DNA of 64,000 nt from Candidatus Zhuqueibacterota bacterium (GTDB taxonomy: Bacteria > Zhuqueibacterota > Zhuqueibacteria > Oceanimicrobiales > Oceanimicrobiaceae): NCBI GenBank assembly GCA_029262055.1, contig JAJDAD010000002.1:66791-130790 (forward strand). The letters run 5' to 3'. Each line of letters starts with the position of its first letter. The stretch's first letter is position 1. The notes below the pieces were generated by a model. The model ran no database searches. It saw only the letters and a program-made list of their open reading frames with translations, and was not told where the DNA came from. Below are positions 63,900 through 64,000 of this stretch, piece by piece. The position numbers and the translations under genes are program-made.

Positions 63900-64000
63900 A
63901 TTTAGATCCCATGCTGTCAGGCTGAGAACTTTTCCTTGTTTCACATGCGAGGGCTGTTTACATTGTGACGGTCCCGCCACTTAAATTGATGAATAATGCC

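Overview
This window reads as chromosomal DNA from a high-GC (about 55-60%) bacterium. It is probably a member of the FCB superphylum, because the first protein ends in a T9SS (Por) C-terminal sorting domain. Most genes are housekeeping or metabolic: a GH2 beta-galactosidase, a DmpA/S58 peptidase, a PabB-PabC fusion, a YdeP-like molybdoenzyme, adenosine deaminase, TolC, IspA, HPr plus Enzyme I, an IMPase, MetK, AhcY, PlsC-like, XdhC, LspA, an RND pump with its fusion protein, a class-V aminotransferase and an APC permease.

The standout feature is a complete diversity-generating retroelement (DGR) at about 36.6-41.4 kb. A membrane-anchored NACHT/STAND NTPase carries a C-terminal FGE-sulfatase (C-type-lectin-fold) domain whose last 120 bp form a variable region (VR). 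Downstream lie an Avd accessory gene, a 120-bp template repeat (TR) and a DGR-type reverse transcriptase. VR and TR differ at about 16 positions, and every difference sits at a TR adenine, the hallmark of mutagenic retrohoming. An adenosine-deaminase gene sits 20 bp upstream of the target gene.

Other notable items:
- A low-GC (about 40%) insertion carries a 1658-aa SF1 helicase with a C-terminal DUF559/Vsr-like nuclease domain.
- An EndoQ-like PHP nuclease domain is fused to a UvrD helicase.
- A SWIM-SNF2 helicase sits directly downstream of a hypothetical membrane protein.
- A GxxExxY (PD-(D/E)xK-like) mini-cassette is flanked by perfect 25-bp inverted repeats, sits next to a decayed tandem copy, and is surrounded by duplicated fragments of the flanking genes.
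- At least three interspersed intergenic repeat families occur: an approximately 130-160 bp palindromic MITE/REP-like family in five or more copies, an approximately 170-bp highly structured element in two copies that show compensatory stem changes, and an approximately 60-bp 'atatgtagaaacttctttctaa' repeat in two copies.

No CRISPR array, rRNA or obvious tRNA was seen. Many long ORFs in the six-frame track are antisense artefacts typical of high-GC DNA.
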